DNA from: Camelus ferus
Lineage: Eukaryota
Assembly: GCF_009834535.1 (NCBI RefSeq)
Contig: NC_045713.1
Span: 13,640,001 to 13,704,000 of the forward strand
Length of the DNA stretch: 64,000 bases
Direction: 5' to 3'
The notes below the pieces were generated by a model. The model did no database searches. It saw nothing but the letters and a program-made list of their open reading frames with translations, and was not told the DNA's origin. The position numbers and the translations under genes are program-made. Below are positions 37,856 through 50,400 of the stretch, one piece after another (the first letter of the stretch is position 1; each line of letters starts with the position of its first letter).

Positions 37856-40089
37856 ATCTAAGGTCATACATGAGTTATGCTGGGGGCTTCTGGTTAGGAG
37901 GGGGCAAAGGGAGCCCCCTGGGGAGCTGCAATGTTTTCTATCTTGATCTGGGCTGTGGGAACGTAGGCGGATGCATATGTAACGAATTGTTAAGAAAAGC
38001 ACATTTACTCAAAGTGTGTGATACCTCCTTAAAAAGACCACCAAATTTTATAGTAGTAGTTAAGTTTATTATTTCAAAATAGGGAGGCAAATACTAGGAG
38101 AAATATCTGAAGGAGTTGGAAGCAGTTGCCCCTGGAGGGCAGAATGTGAAAGGCTGGAACAGAGATAGCTTTATTTTTTCCCTTATACTAGCATTTGATT
38201 TATAATGTCTATGACCTTGATTAAAAAAATAATTTTAAAATGACAAAATGGGGAGATTTTCTCAATCACTGTGTCATTTGGATGAGGTTCCTGTTGATGA
38301 CCAGGCTCTGTACCTGGGGTGGGGGCTGTGAGTATGAAGCTGAGGTGGTTCTGATCCCTGGAGGTCTTGGTCCAGTGTCACCAAGAATGGTGTACAGATA
38401 GTCAGAGCCATGATTCCTAGGAGGGGCTGTGTGTAGATGAAAGGAGAGGTGAGTCCCAGAAAGAAGAATCACCTCTCATGGACTGTTAGGGTCACTGCCT
38501 CTGCTGGCAGTGGACCTTTGACTCCAGACTACTGGTTAGTGGATACTTTTGTCCCTGTGCTCAGGGCTGGGTGGGGCACAGAGCCCCTTTTCCTCCGCAC
38601 TCCAAATGGGAGGCCCCAGGGACCATCAAGCTATTCTGTGCTTTGCTCCCTTCCCCAGTCCTGGGCCCCCTCCCCACATGCCTTCTGCACACCAGACAGG
38701 CAACCACCCTCCTCTGTCCCAATGTGGCCTTCATCCTTCACCTGCACCCTGACAGTTTCACTCCCTCTGGTCCATAGTCATAAACAAGCTGGAGGGATCA
38801 CTGGTATTTCAACTTCAGATACTGAACATGTCCTTATGCAGAGCACTTTTTTCTCTGCTTAACACTGTATTTTCAGATTTGTTCACGCTGCTAATGGTAG
38901 TTCTTTTCAATTTTCTAACTGCCACAGAAATCTCCATTATACCATAGACCACAATTGATCAGTTTTTGTATCAATGACGTTCTCCCTGCAGAAGCTCCAC
39001 GCCCAGGCTAGCAGTCCCCTGCCTCCTCTTAGCAGGGAGGGGGTGGCAGCACCAGGGGAACCCTGGCAGCCTGCATCGTGCCGAACCACCCACCCACCAC
39101 ACACTCCAGGAGGTTCTCAAAGCCAAGGGGCCCCAGAGGAGCATGGTAGGGGGAGGCGGGGGGGGGGGGGTCAGCTTTCAGCACAGCCTGCTGGTCCCGA
39201 GGGTTCTCCAGGCCCCTCCAGGTGCGCAGGCGGCTTCCCTCCACTCTGCTGGGTCCCTGCACCATCACTCCTCCATCAAAGGGTTTTCACTGACAGCTAG
39301 GAGACTAGGCAGCCACTGGAACAGCAACAGCCATAGATGGTAGCTACACCATTACTGAGCACTTACTGTGTGCCAGGCACAGTGTCAAGATCCAGCCTGG
39401 ATTTTTTTAATGCTCATACTGGGCTCCAGAGCACATTTCTCATTGGTTCTGCAAGGCTGTGGAGAGGGCTGCTGCTGCTTCCAAGCCTCCCCCGGGGAGT
39501 GGGGTTCACCAGACCCTATTATGCCCCTCATGCCTCAGAAGCAGGTGCCATCCTCTGCACCCCACAGCCCCTCTGCACCTCTCCTGACATGGACATGTAA
39601 GAGGAAGCACAGGCCCAGACTGTGTTCCCCATTCCCCCAGAATCACCCCTCTTTTTTGACAAAGAAATGGGCAGAGGGGAAGGGGAGGTTTTCATTGAGA
39701 ACTACAGCTGGGGTCCCCAAACTGGAACTCTCAGGCTGGGGGTGGGGAGGCTAGGTGGGACTCCAGTCATCCCACTGCTTAACCCAAAAGGTGATCTGGA
39801 ACAAATTAGTTTCCCCCATGCCTTAGTTCGCTCATTGGTAGATGGAATCAATAATTCTCCCACCTTGTGGCAGTGTTTGGAGGTCAAAATAAGATATTTC
39901 AGGATCCTTGGTGTCTGAGATCTACAAGCTGCCCCACAAATTATATGGTTGCTGGGGGGTGGGGTTAGGTCAGCTTATTTTGAGGGCTGCATCCTCCCTG
40001 GTCTGGGGTCCAAGCAAGAATGGATCAGGCCCTGCTCTTTGGGATGGGGCTATTAAGCCCAGGCAGGCCCAGAGGGATACTCTGGGGGA

Positions 40090-40400
40090 CTATTCAGACA
40101 AGGGCCATTTAAGTAGGATTCTGAAGGATGAGTAGGAGTTTGCCAAGTGGAGAAGGAAGGGAAGTACATTCTGTGTCCCAGGCACAGAAGCTGAGAGGTG
40201 GGCAAACTCCTGGGTCATTGGGTACAGCAAATGAATTGAGAGTGGCCCTAGAAAGTGGTTTTCAGGGGACCATGACCAGAGAGGAGGCTGGAGGTCTGCA
40301 GGGCCTTATTCTGCCCAGGCTAGGGCTGGGGGCATGAGGGGCTGACTCTATTCTGGAAGCCTTCGGGAACCACTAACTGTCTCAAGGAGGGTTTGATGTG
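40090..40400 (-). mobile_element. L2 fragment
   Basis: GATTCTGAAGGATGAGTAGGAGTTTGCCAAG...GCAGGGCCTT resembles antisense L2; boundaries approximate. Confidence 0.55.
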
Positions 40401-40859
40401 GCCAAACTTGCAGTTGCTAGCATCCATCTAGCTGCAGCTGGGGAATGGATTGGTAGGGAGAAGCTAGGCCTGTGGGGAAGATTTGAGTGCTGTGTTAGGT
40501 GAGGAAGAGGAACAGCCCTCAGGGGAGGAGATACACAGAGGGGTCTTAAATTGTGTGGGAGTTGGGGTGGGGGCACCAGTGAGCTCTCCTGTCTTTCGGC
40601 CCTATGGTTCTGCCAGCCTCCCTGTCTTTGCTCTGCTTGGGGCCCACTTCAAGAGCCTAGCTAAGGGGGCATCCTGTCCCTCCATCCCTGTGCCTGGCAG
40701 TTCCTTCCTCTCCTCCTTGAAGGGAGGAGGCAGAGGAGGGCTGAGAGAGGGGAGCAAGGGAGCTCCCAGTAGAGCATCAAGATGAGTTCTAGCTAAAGGC
40801 CCACTCAGCGAGGATGCTGGGCTCCTCTTCTCCCTCCATCTCTACCACCCTTGGGGAGC

Positions 40860-41010
40860 CCCGCGGGTATTGCGGGGGCGAGGAGGGGCGGGGCCACCGA
40901 GCATTTAATAGTTGGACCCGCCGGGACCAACACCTAGCCTGCAGCCTCCAGCGCTCTGGCCTCCCGACGCTGAGCGCCTGGATCCCGCCAAGCCAGTTCC
41001 AGGTCCGCCC
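40860..41010 (+). promoter_or_regulatory. NPW proximal promoter: GC box GGGGCGGGGC (about 40885-40894) and TATA-like CATTTAATA (40902-40910)
   Basis: Motifs about 130-150 nt upstream of the CUG start. Confidence 0.55.
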
Positions 41011-41037
41011 CACCGGGCGGCTCTCGACGTGAGCACC

Positions 41038-41840
41038 CTGGCGCGGGGAACGGGGGTGCGGGGCCCGGGGCGGGGGGCCACTGCGAGCCTCTTGCTACTC
41101 GCATTGCTGTTGCTGCTGCTGCTTCCGCTGCCCGTGGGCGCCTGGTACAAGCACGTGGCGAGTCCCCGCTACCACACCGTGGGCCGCGCTGCGGGCCTGC
41201 TCATGGGGCTGCGCCGCTCGCCCTACATGTGGCGGCGCGCGCTGCGGCCCGCTGCCGGACCCCTTGCCTGGGACACTTTAGGCCCGGGCGTGTCCCCCCA
41301 GGGGCCATCTGCCAGAAACACCCTCTCCCCGGGGCCCGCCGCCCGCGATGCTCTGCTGCTTCCCTCCGGGGTTCAGAAACTGTGGGAGGTGCGTCGCAGA
41401 AGCTCCGGCGCTGGGCTCCCGGTCAGTGCCCCTCGCCGTTCGCAAGCCCCGGCGTCTGCACCCCAACGGGAGCCGTGGCTGGGCTCCTATTTCTGGACCT
41501 CCGCAGAGCAGGCCAGGTACGCGGGGAGAGGAAAGGGGCGGGGATAGCAGCGAGCGAAGGGATCTTGAAAGATCTGAGCCCAGGACGCATGTCCCCGTTC
41601 CCACAGGGCACCCTGCGAACTTTCCATCCCTGACTTCAAGCCGAGGAAGGCTTTCCTGACGCAGTCTCTACTCTTCCAGTGTGGGGGGTCGGGAGGCGGG
41701 AGCGTAGTGGAAGGCGCACAACCCTCTCCCCACGGTCCTGCTCTATTCTTTCTAGAGCTCTCGGAGAGTCTCCCGATCAGCCACAGTCTGCGCAGGGAAC
41801 TGCCTTCGCCGGCCCCCGCCTCACCCCAGGGCCGTCCTGA
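41038..41840 (+). CDS. NPW: Neuropeptide W precursor, 2 exons (41038-41516, 41756-41840), about 187 aa from a CUG start. Mature NPW23 41143-41211; NPW30 41143-41232
   Basis: Leu-rich signal peptide followed by [32 protein letters not shown]. Donor AG|GTAC at 41516 and acceptor TAG|A at 41756. AATAAA at 41914-41919. The exact start codon is inferred. Confidence 0.92.
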
Positions 41841-43861
41841 TCTCAGCCCCTGCCCGCGCCCACGTGCCTGACCCAGGCAGAGTCTCTTCGGCCTCCAGTC
41901 CCGCCGTCTGGTCAATAAAACCCGCCTGGTTCTCGCTCCCCCGCGTGTGACCCTTTTCCTCCGCGATGTGTACTTTGTCATCTAGCTTCCGGGAGCAAAC
42001 AGCCGCGCCCACGTCCTAGCAAATGTCAGGAGCCCTATGGCTGGCCAGAAGCGCTCCCCCCAACCCAGCCGAGATCTGTATGTCCTCGCCGGACAGAAGG
42101 GGAGACAGAGGTAGAGACACTGCTTGGGCCTGTGTCCCCTCTCCCTTTTCTGCCAGTGCTGCACCTCCTATTAGGGGGTGGGATCATCAGTCTAGGTCCC
42201 AGGGTCCGACAGGAGGAGAGGGGTATTCCACGGAGAGGGGAGGGCAAGTCACACCCTGGGTCCGGCTGCCATTCACCAAGGTGTGCAGGAAGAGGAAAGC
42301 AGGAGCTCATACCCTACTAGTGGGGCTGGAACTCCCACCCAGCCTCCCAGGAGTCCTACAGGGTGCCCCTCACTACGCCCCCTGGCCAGCCTGGGGAGAA
42401 TGTCCTCCCCAAGGAGGGGAACCGCAAGAGCTGGCAGCCCATCCAGCCTTTCTCCCATCTCCCAGCACTCATTTCAAACCTGGATCTCCTTGGAATTCCT
42501 CCCTCCCCTCAGCCAAAGCCTTCCTGAGAAAGTGGGACCCATCTAGTCCCCTTCTTCACTGCCATGCTCCCTTCCTAGTGAGGAAGGGGCCCCTCCACCT
42601 GATACGCTCTTGCCTCCTGAGGGACCCCTCCACCACTTATTCCCTTCTGCATTTCCAGTTATTGTCTCCAGTCCCCCATGTCAATGTGCTATGTCATCTT
42701 GAATAGCAAGGATCTCCCTCCACCTGGGACCCCTTCCTGCCCCGCCCCACTTCACCTTTCTGCTCCCCCTTCAACCCTCTTCAGTATGGGCTTGGACTCC
42801 CACAACTGTCCTCAATGTCCAAGTGCCTGGTCACTGTGCCCTGATGCTGTTTGCCCTTGGAGTCTTTCCTTGGCCATGTGGCAAGACTGCCCTTGGGGCA
42901 CCCAGCAAGGACAGGAAAAGGGGTGGCCCCAGGTCTGTCTAGCTCCTGGCTTTGGGATGCCCTTGTGGAACCAGCTCCCACAGGACCTCCCTTGGCCTCT
43001 GGAAACACCCTCTGGAGGCCTCTCCCCACTGGCAATTTCCTCTCATCTCCTGGGTGCACCTTTCTCCCCACATGGTCCCCTAATGTGGGCAGTCTTTTTG
43101 ATGTCACCATTCCAATTCTTAGGTATCCTAGAATTAATTTACCCTCCAGGACCTGCACTGGGTCAACCACTCTTTCCCCCACTTCTCCGATGCTCCTGCC
43201 CCTGCTCCTCACCAAACCTGGCCTTTCAAAACACGATGTCCTGACCTTGTCACCCCCCAGTGCACAACACCTGAAGGGCTCCCATCTCCCATGCAATGAA
43301 ATCCATGCTCTAGGGCTGGGCCTCTGTTCCCCAGCCTCATTGCTCCCTCACCTTCCCCACACAGCCTGGAGAAACTCTGGGCAGATTCCAGAACAGCCCC
43401 ATGGTCCACCCTGCCTGAGGACTCCAGCCCCAGGCTGGGTTAAATGCATCTCCTGGGGGCTGCCCCAGCTCTGGACCTCCCTTTGCCAGGGTATCAGATC
43501 CCTGTTTCTGTGGGTCTCGCCGATATTTCTCCATTGCTCGCCAGGCTGGCGGCAAGTGGCCTGCCAATGTTTGGTCACAAGTGATGGAATACTTGGTGAG
43601 AGGCTAGATTTCATATTGCCTGAAGATATCCCAGTGCAGAGGTTGGTGGCAGATCCAAGGTGAGACAGCTGAGCCGATTCGGGGCTCGGGAGAGACCTGG
43701 CTTCTCTGCCTACCACCCCTATGGCACCCCTATGCTTCTGCATCTCTAGCAGCCGGAGGGCGCGGACCTCGACCCAATCCCCCATCCCGCAGGGCTGGAC
43801 AAGTCAGAGCCAGAAGGGCGGGGCGTGGGGCCACTCCCCGGGCAATGGAATCCCACTAAGA

Positions 43862-43878
43862 GCCGGCAGGTGGCGCTA
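43862..43878 (+). promoter_or_regulatory. Candidate CTCF site GCCGGCAGGTGGCGCTA
   Basis: Close match to the CTCF core CC(A/G)GCAGGTGGCGC within a small CpG-rich patch. Confidence 0.6.
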
Positions 43879-46849
43879 CAAGCCGCTCTCCCAGGCTACA
43901 CTCGCACCCTGCGCCTCCGGCGATGGGAGGGGCTGGGGCGGACAGTGGGCGTGGCCATCTCGGGGTGGGCGGGGCAGGCCTCCAGTGAGTTCTCCCTTCG
44001 CGGGTGTCCTGCGCTTCCGTAACTGTTTCGTCCTCGCCAATTCTCTCTCCCTCTTGTCTCTCGTCTCGTTTTCCCCTCTCTTCCCATCGTGCTGGTCCCG
44101 TCTGCTCCAATCTGGGGCTCTGACAGACAAGAGAAAGTCTGAAGGAAGGGGTCGTGAGCGAGGCCTGGTCATCTCGCGGGGCCCTTAATGCCCATTAGGG
44201 AGGCGGCGCCGGCCCAGGAAGCTCTAGGCCACTACCCGAGCGTCAGATTAATGGCATCACAACCCCCCCCCCCAGATGGGCCCCCAGCCCTCCCTCTGGT
44301 AGTGACAAGACCTCTGCCCACAGCTACACCCCAGGCGCAGGCTCTGCCCCACCGCTGGGGGCACTGCTGCAGGGAGGTAGGTTCAAAGGAAAGCCCCTTC
44401 CCTGAAACCCGAGCACAGGGCAACCCTACTCCAGGTGAACCCAGGGTGGAGAAGGACTGGGAGGTCTGACATACCTACTCTGCTTCTGTCAGGTGTAGCA
44501 AGATGGCAGGAGTAGGGTGAGAAAGTGAGCATGAGGGAGTCACCCAGACCTCTGATCCCCTAAGACCTGAGAGCCTTCCCGCCTGCTGCTGGCCTCACCA
44601 CACCTCCCCTAGTCCACTCCCCAGCGACCCGAACAGTTTACAACCCAAACACCTTTCAGCACACACTTCCAGGCCATTGCCCATGCTGCTCCTTTCACTT
44701 TGCTGCCTTACCTGTCTCCTCTCACACCTCCATCACAGTGGGGCTGAAGGAAGAGGCCTGGGAGACTGCCCATAGGGCTGCTCGGTCACCTTTCCTAATC
44801 CGTTACTCTCTCACTCATTCCTTCTCCCCCTTTGGAATTGTTACCTGCAGGTCTCACTCACCCCTGAACTGCTGCCTTTATACTGTAGCTGCTACTCACT
44901 TCCTTTGCTGTTCATCCCCTTTGTTATTCAGATGTTGTCTTTGTTACTTTCTTACCTTTCTTGGGACTTCCTCGGCTCCTCTTTTGCTTGGGGGCCTACT
45001 TTGTTATTCTGGGATGCCATGTTTCTGGCCCCTGGCTGCTGACCACATCTCTTGGTTATTACCCCCCCCCCCCCATGTTCTGTTCCCATCCATTTTCATT
45101 CTTAGGGTGAGTCCTGGGCTGCAGAATGCTGATCTGAGAGCACTTGTTTTACAGAAGGAGGAGGTCTCAGAGCCTCCTGACCAAGGAACCAGGGATCCCT
45201 ACCTTTCCTACCCCTTGGTCTCCCATCCAGCCACCTCCCTTGACTCTGATATGGCCTTAAAGCTATAGCCTGGCAGGTCCTAGGTGGTCCTGGTGACCCC
45301 TAAGCCCCACCTGGGGTGGTATATGGTGGACCCCACTGTCCACATCCATCCTCATAGCCTCCCGGGGCAGCAGTACCAGGTTTGGTCCAGTAAGGGCAGT
45401 CATAGGGCAGACAGTCAAGCCTCTGGACAGACAAATGGAGGTGGCTAGCCAGGCAGGAGCTTATGGCAGCATCAGCCAGGAACTCAGAGGTAGGGTAGGG
45501 GAGCAGCCATGCAGCCTCAGCCTAAGTGGATTTTAGGGGGAGAAGTTGGGGTGTGGATACCCAAGGGGCTGCGGCCCAGGAGGCTGCCTAGAGGCAGGTC
45601 CTGTGCTTGGGCGGGGCTAGGAGCCCAGGCAAGGGCACTGGAGAGGAGAGAAGGAGCAGTAAGAACTGAGCTGAGCGTGCTTCTCCCCTCATGGGGAACT
45701 GTCTGGTCTGGCTGTGCCTGACCCCTGGGAACCAGGTATGTGCAGGGGGTTGAGCAGGGTTGGGGAGGGGCAGGCTGAAGGTGAGCCTGCAGCTCAGCCA
45801 GCTTCCTGTATGTGTAACTGAAAAAGCTGAAGAGTGTGGACTTGGAATCTCACCACCTTGGGTCCAAGTGGAACTGGGGAATCTTGTATGGCTTTCTTTC
45901 CTCTCCAGATCTCAGTCTCCTGATCTGTAAAATGGCCCGAGACCCCTAGGGTTATTCCAGGTCAAATGTCCTCAGAGAGGCACACAAAGCATACATTCTA
46001 TTGGTTGGGGGGAAGGGGCACATACACTGGTGGAGGTAGACATAGGGCTGGGGCAGAGGAGGGGAGACTCAAAGGGGCCTGCTCAAGGGAACAGTTCCTG
46101 TGAATGCTGACCACGGGCCAGTGCTCAGAGGCCCAAGTTGTTAGCACTTCTCACCCCAGGTCAGGAGGAGGGTAGAAAGACCCCTTCCAGCCAGACAAGC
46201 TCCCCCAACCCTCTGCAGTAACCCATGAGGCTGGGATGGACAGGGACAGGAGTAAGGGTCCCTGGCAAAAGGGAGGGGATGGTAGTTGGAAATGTTCAAT
46301 GGACACACGCAGCACAGATAGACATAAACACTTCTGGGGAGGGCCAGGAATTCACTTAGTCGCCAGCCTACAGGATATAGGGCGGGGCTTCTGCCTTATC
46401 AATTTCAAACTCCTCTTTTTGCCTCCTGGACCATCCTGGGACTCTGTGCTGAATCAGGGCAGCTCTGGGTGCAGGAGGGATCCTGACACGGAAATGGGGA
46501 ATGGGAGGGTGGGGGAGGAGAGGGGCTTCTCATGGAGCTTGGGCAGAGCTGTGGCCCTTGTTCTTACCCTCTCGCCTCCATATGGGGGTCCCTCAGCTAA
46601 CTCTCCCACCCCTTCCCACCTCAAGAGCCTACCTTAGTAGAGGTGTGGAGCATACTGTAGGTGATCAATAAATGTTCCTGGCATAGGAAGCAAGGTTCTG
46701 GCGCTAAGGAGGTTGCCCAGCACAGCCATAGGAGGCTGTGGGGGCGAGACAGAGGGGTCTTGGTGATTCGGGGGTCTCCTGGCCCTGGAGTCTCCCTGCT
46801 GGCCTCTCTGGATTGGCGGAGCGCCTTTGCAGGGGCATGGCCAGGGTGG

Positions 46850-47420
46850 CTTGGACCCGAGGCGGGGGTGGCAGGGAGGAGGGGGCGGGGAAGGGGCGGG
46901 CGCGGGGGCGGCGCCGCAGCCCTAGCCGTAGCTGGAGCCGGAGCCCGAGCCCGAGGCGACGGGAGCCGAGCCGGAGCCGCCGAGACTGCCGCCGGGTGCC
47001 CAGCGCCACCGCTAAGTCTGCGCCGCCCCCGCGCCCCTGCCTGCCGGCGGCGGGCGTGATCGCCGTGGCCAGCCCGTGGCCGGCCGGTGGGCAGCCGGCG
47101 CCATGGCCGCACCGGAGCCGCTGCGGCCGCGCCTGTGCCGCCTGGTGCGCGGCGAGCAGGGGTACGGCTTCCACCTGCATGGCGAGAAGGGCCGCCGCGG
47201 GCAGTTCATCCGGCGCGTGGAGCCCGGGTCCCCGGCCGAGGCGGCCGCACTGCGCGCCGGAGACCGGCTGGTCGAGGTCAACGGCGTCAACGTGGAGGGC
47301 GAGACGCACCACCAGGTGGGTGCCTGCGCTCCGCCCTCGCCCCGCTGCCCCGCCGCCCCGCCGCGTCCCCCACCCCATCTCCGGAGCGCGTCCCTGCCCG
47401 TAGCGCGCCGAAGGTGCCAG
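46850..47420. promoter_or_regulatory. NHERF2 promoter/exon 1 CpG island with GC boxes
   Basis: CpG density; GGGGCGGG motifs at about 46885-46900. Confidence 0.75.
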
Positions 47421-50400
47421 TGACCACCTGGGGCTCCGTGCTGTCTGTGCCCAGGCCTCAGCTCCCTTCTCGGGGCCAGGAGGGGATCGCACAAGGGCCT
47501 GCGTGGGCTGCCGTGGAGAGGTGGGAGACGTGGCCACGGAGGCACCGGCAGCCGACCTCCTTCCTAGCCTTCCCCACCCGGGTGGGTCCTGCAGCGCGGA
47601 TGGGGAAAGAGATCCTGGCAAGGAGGGGCCCGCACTGCGGCTCTTCTGGGTTCTCGGCCCTAGCTCTTTAGTCTTGTTCCGACCTCAGTGCATTGTGTGG
47701 AGGAGTTGGCACCTCGGGGGTCTCCATTTGTGTGGGAACCCCGGGTGCTTTTCTGTCAGTGTGTACACTTGTGGATGTGTGCACAACTGGGTATATGTGT
47801 GAATATGCAGGTCCCTCTGAGGGTCATGCATGTGTGTACCTGAGGGGGGGTGTCACAGTAAGGGCACACCTGTGTGTGCCTGCATCAATTGAGTGAGCAT
47901 GTGTGTGTACTGGACTGTGTGCACGTGAGTTTACAGATCTGCACCCCTAGATGTATGTGTGGGGACAGGTCTGTGTGCCTGGAAGTGTGTGTGAGCTGGG
48001 CTGTGTGTGTGTGTGTGTGTACATACCCTCCTTGTTGTGGCTGCGTGTATATGTGGCCAGGCCTGTGTGTCTGCCTACCTGGTTATGGGTAGTTGCCAGT
48101 GTGTCTGCAGGCCGATATACTAGTGTGTGTCCTGTCTGATGGTGTCTGTGTCCTGGGGGACGTTGCCGCTGGTGGCAGCATGATCCTCTCCTGGGAGGCT
48201 GCTGGGCAGCCTGGCAGGGGTCACTGGCCACAGCCCATTGGCCTCCTGCAGCTGTAGATAAAGACTAGGGGGAGGTTCTCTGCAGGTTCTGACCCCTGAC
48301 CCCCTGACGGGGGTATCCATCTCCTACTGAGACTCACCTGGCTCAGGTCCAGTCTTCCTCCACCTATTCGGCTCACGGTCTTCTGTGTTCCCCCAGCACC
48401 TGAGAGTGTGTGGCTAGTCCTGGGACCTAGGGATTAGTAAATCGGTTCTTGGCTGGGCTGGGAGCTGAACTCCTCTTCTACCCCTAGAGCTTTTGTATAT
48501 CCATCTGTCTAGCATCCTTTCTTTTACTCAGTGTCAGCTGGGTAAGGCAGTTTGCTGAAGGATGGTGGATGTCAGGGCCAGAGAGTTTGGCTTGATAGGC
48601 CGTGGGGAGGGCCTGGCAGACCTAGTACCTGGCCTCTGTGTAGCAGCCAGTGCCATCATTAACCCAAGGGTGATGCTTACCCCAGGCCTCCTGGAGTGCT
48701 AATCTCTAAGAACTTAAGACACGGGACCATGTGACACCTTCCCACTATCCTGGGAGAGAGGAGGTTCAGTTACAGCTCCCATTTTACAGATGAGGAAACT
48801 GAAGCTTGGAGATACCAAATGACTCATCTAGGTCTCACAGTCAGGAAGCATCAGGGCGCTGGGGTCCTCCTGTGACTCTATGGGTCATGGGGAGAAGGAG
48901 GTACAGAGGAGGGCTGGGGCAAACATGGGTCTGGTTCAAACTCTCCTATTTGTTGACAACATCTACTGAGAAACTGGTGGGGGTCCTGTCTGCCCTCCCC
49001 CAGGGCTCCGGTAGGGGTTGAGGTATTGCCCTTCCTACTGCAATGCCCAGTGGGCACTGCTCCTTCCCCTGCGGGCACACACTGGCATGTATGCTCCATG
49101 GCCACACACATGCTCTTGATACTTCACAGACACCTGCAAACCACACCTCTCCCTCAGGTGGATCTGCCCCTCCCTACCTCTGCCTGCTGGGTCTCGATTC
49201 GGCTTATTGGGTGTTTTGTGGGTACCTGAGTAGGTGTTTTGCCTCAGGAACCCAGATGTTCTCTCTGCAGGTCCAGCAACAATAGGTCCAAGATCATGGT
49301 CTGAAAGAGAGCAGAAGGCCTAGAGGCAGAGATTTAGATTTCCACGTTTCACCACCAGAAAAGACAGAAGTAGGCACAGACACACTGCGACTGGGACTCA
49401 GGGAGACACCTCTCTCCCTCAAACCCAGATGGAGACAGACCTTGATACAGAAAGATGCACACAGCAGACACTGTCTTTGTCACTTCCCACCCCTCCTGGA
49501 GAAGACCCTGGGCTGAGCCGAGGCCCTGCAAGTCCCTGGCAGCCCTTGCAGCCTGAGCCCTGGTGTCAGGAGCCCCAGGAGAAGAGGGAGGGAGCTGCCA
49601 GAGCCTGGGGGTGGGGGGTGGAGCCGGCGGGCCTCTCGGTCCAGCCGCCCACCCCTGTCCCTGCCTGCCACCCTGGGCCAGCCCTGGGTGGTACCACTGT
49701 GATGTGCTGCCCGGAGTGCTGGCTGTGACCTGCTCCCACCACCTACCTGTCCCAGGTGGTGCAGAGGATCAAGGCTGTGGAGGGGCAGACTCGGCTGCTG
49801 GTGGTGGACAAGGAGACAGATGAGGAGCTCCGCCGGCGGCAGCTGACCTGCACTGAGGAGATGGCTCAGCGAGGGTTGCCGCCTGCTCATGACCCCTGGG
49901 AGCCAAAGCTGGACTGGCCCCGTGCAGGCAGCCTCAGCTCTGAGGTTGGCCAGAAGGTATGGCGGGCTCTGCCCACAGGGACCACCCTGGCCTCTCCTAG
50001 AACCACCTTCCCTGCCTCTTGATGGCATTCTCCGCCTCTGGTCCCTTCCGGAAGTATCTGTCTCCAACTCTTCTGCGTCTCTGGGCCCCTTCTCTGCCCC
50101 TGGTTACTACCCTCTTGGCCACTTGGAGCCACTCTTTCTGCCCTCAGCCTGTGTTCTAAACCAGGTGGGGTCAGGGCAGCCTTGCTCTGGTCCCTGGCCC
50201 CCAACTCCAGCCGTCTTCCCCAGAATGCTCATCAGAGCCACTTGTCCAAGGAGGGGTCACTCTGACAAGCCTCCCGCTCCCTGGCCTAGGGGCTGAGGAA
50301 CCCAGGGAGGGGCTGCTGGGAGGTCCTGGGACTGAGTGTGCTCAGCTCAGTGCCTGTGTTGGGCGTCTGTCTGCTTGTGGCTCCATCCCTGTCTGTTTGT

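Noticed and set aside
42678-43663. Overlapping 270-, 188- and 171-aa ORFs between NPW and NHERF2
   Set aside because: Low-complexity Pro/Leu/Ser composition, non-AUG start for the longest, and no family resemblance or convincing splice structure
46621-47671. Several 160-305-aa ORFs on both strands at the NHERF2 start
   Set aside because: Stop-poor CpG-island frames; only 47103-47315 matches a known protein
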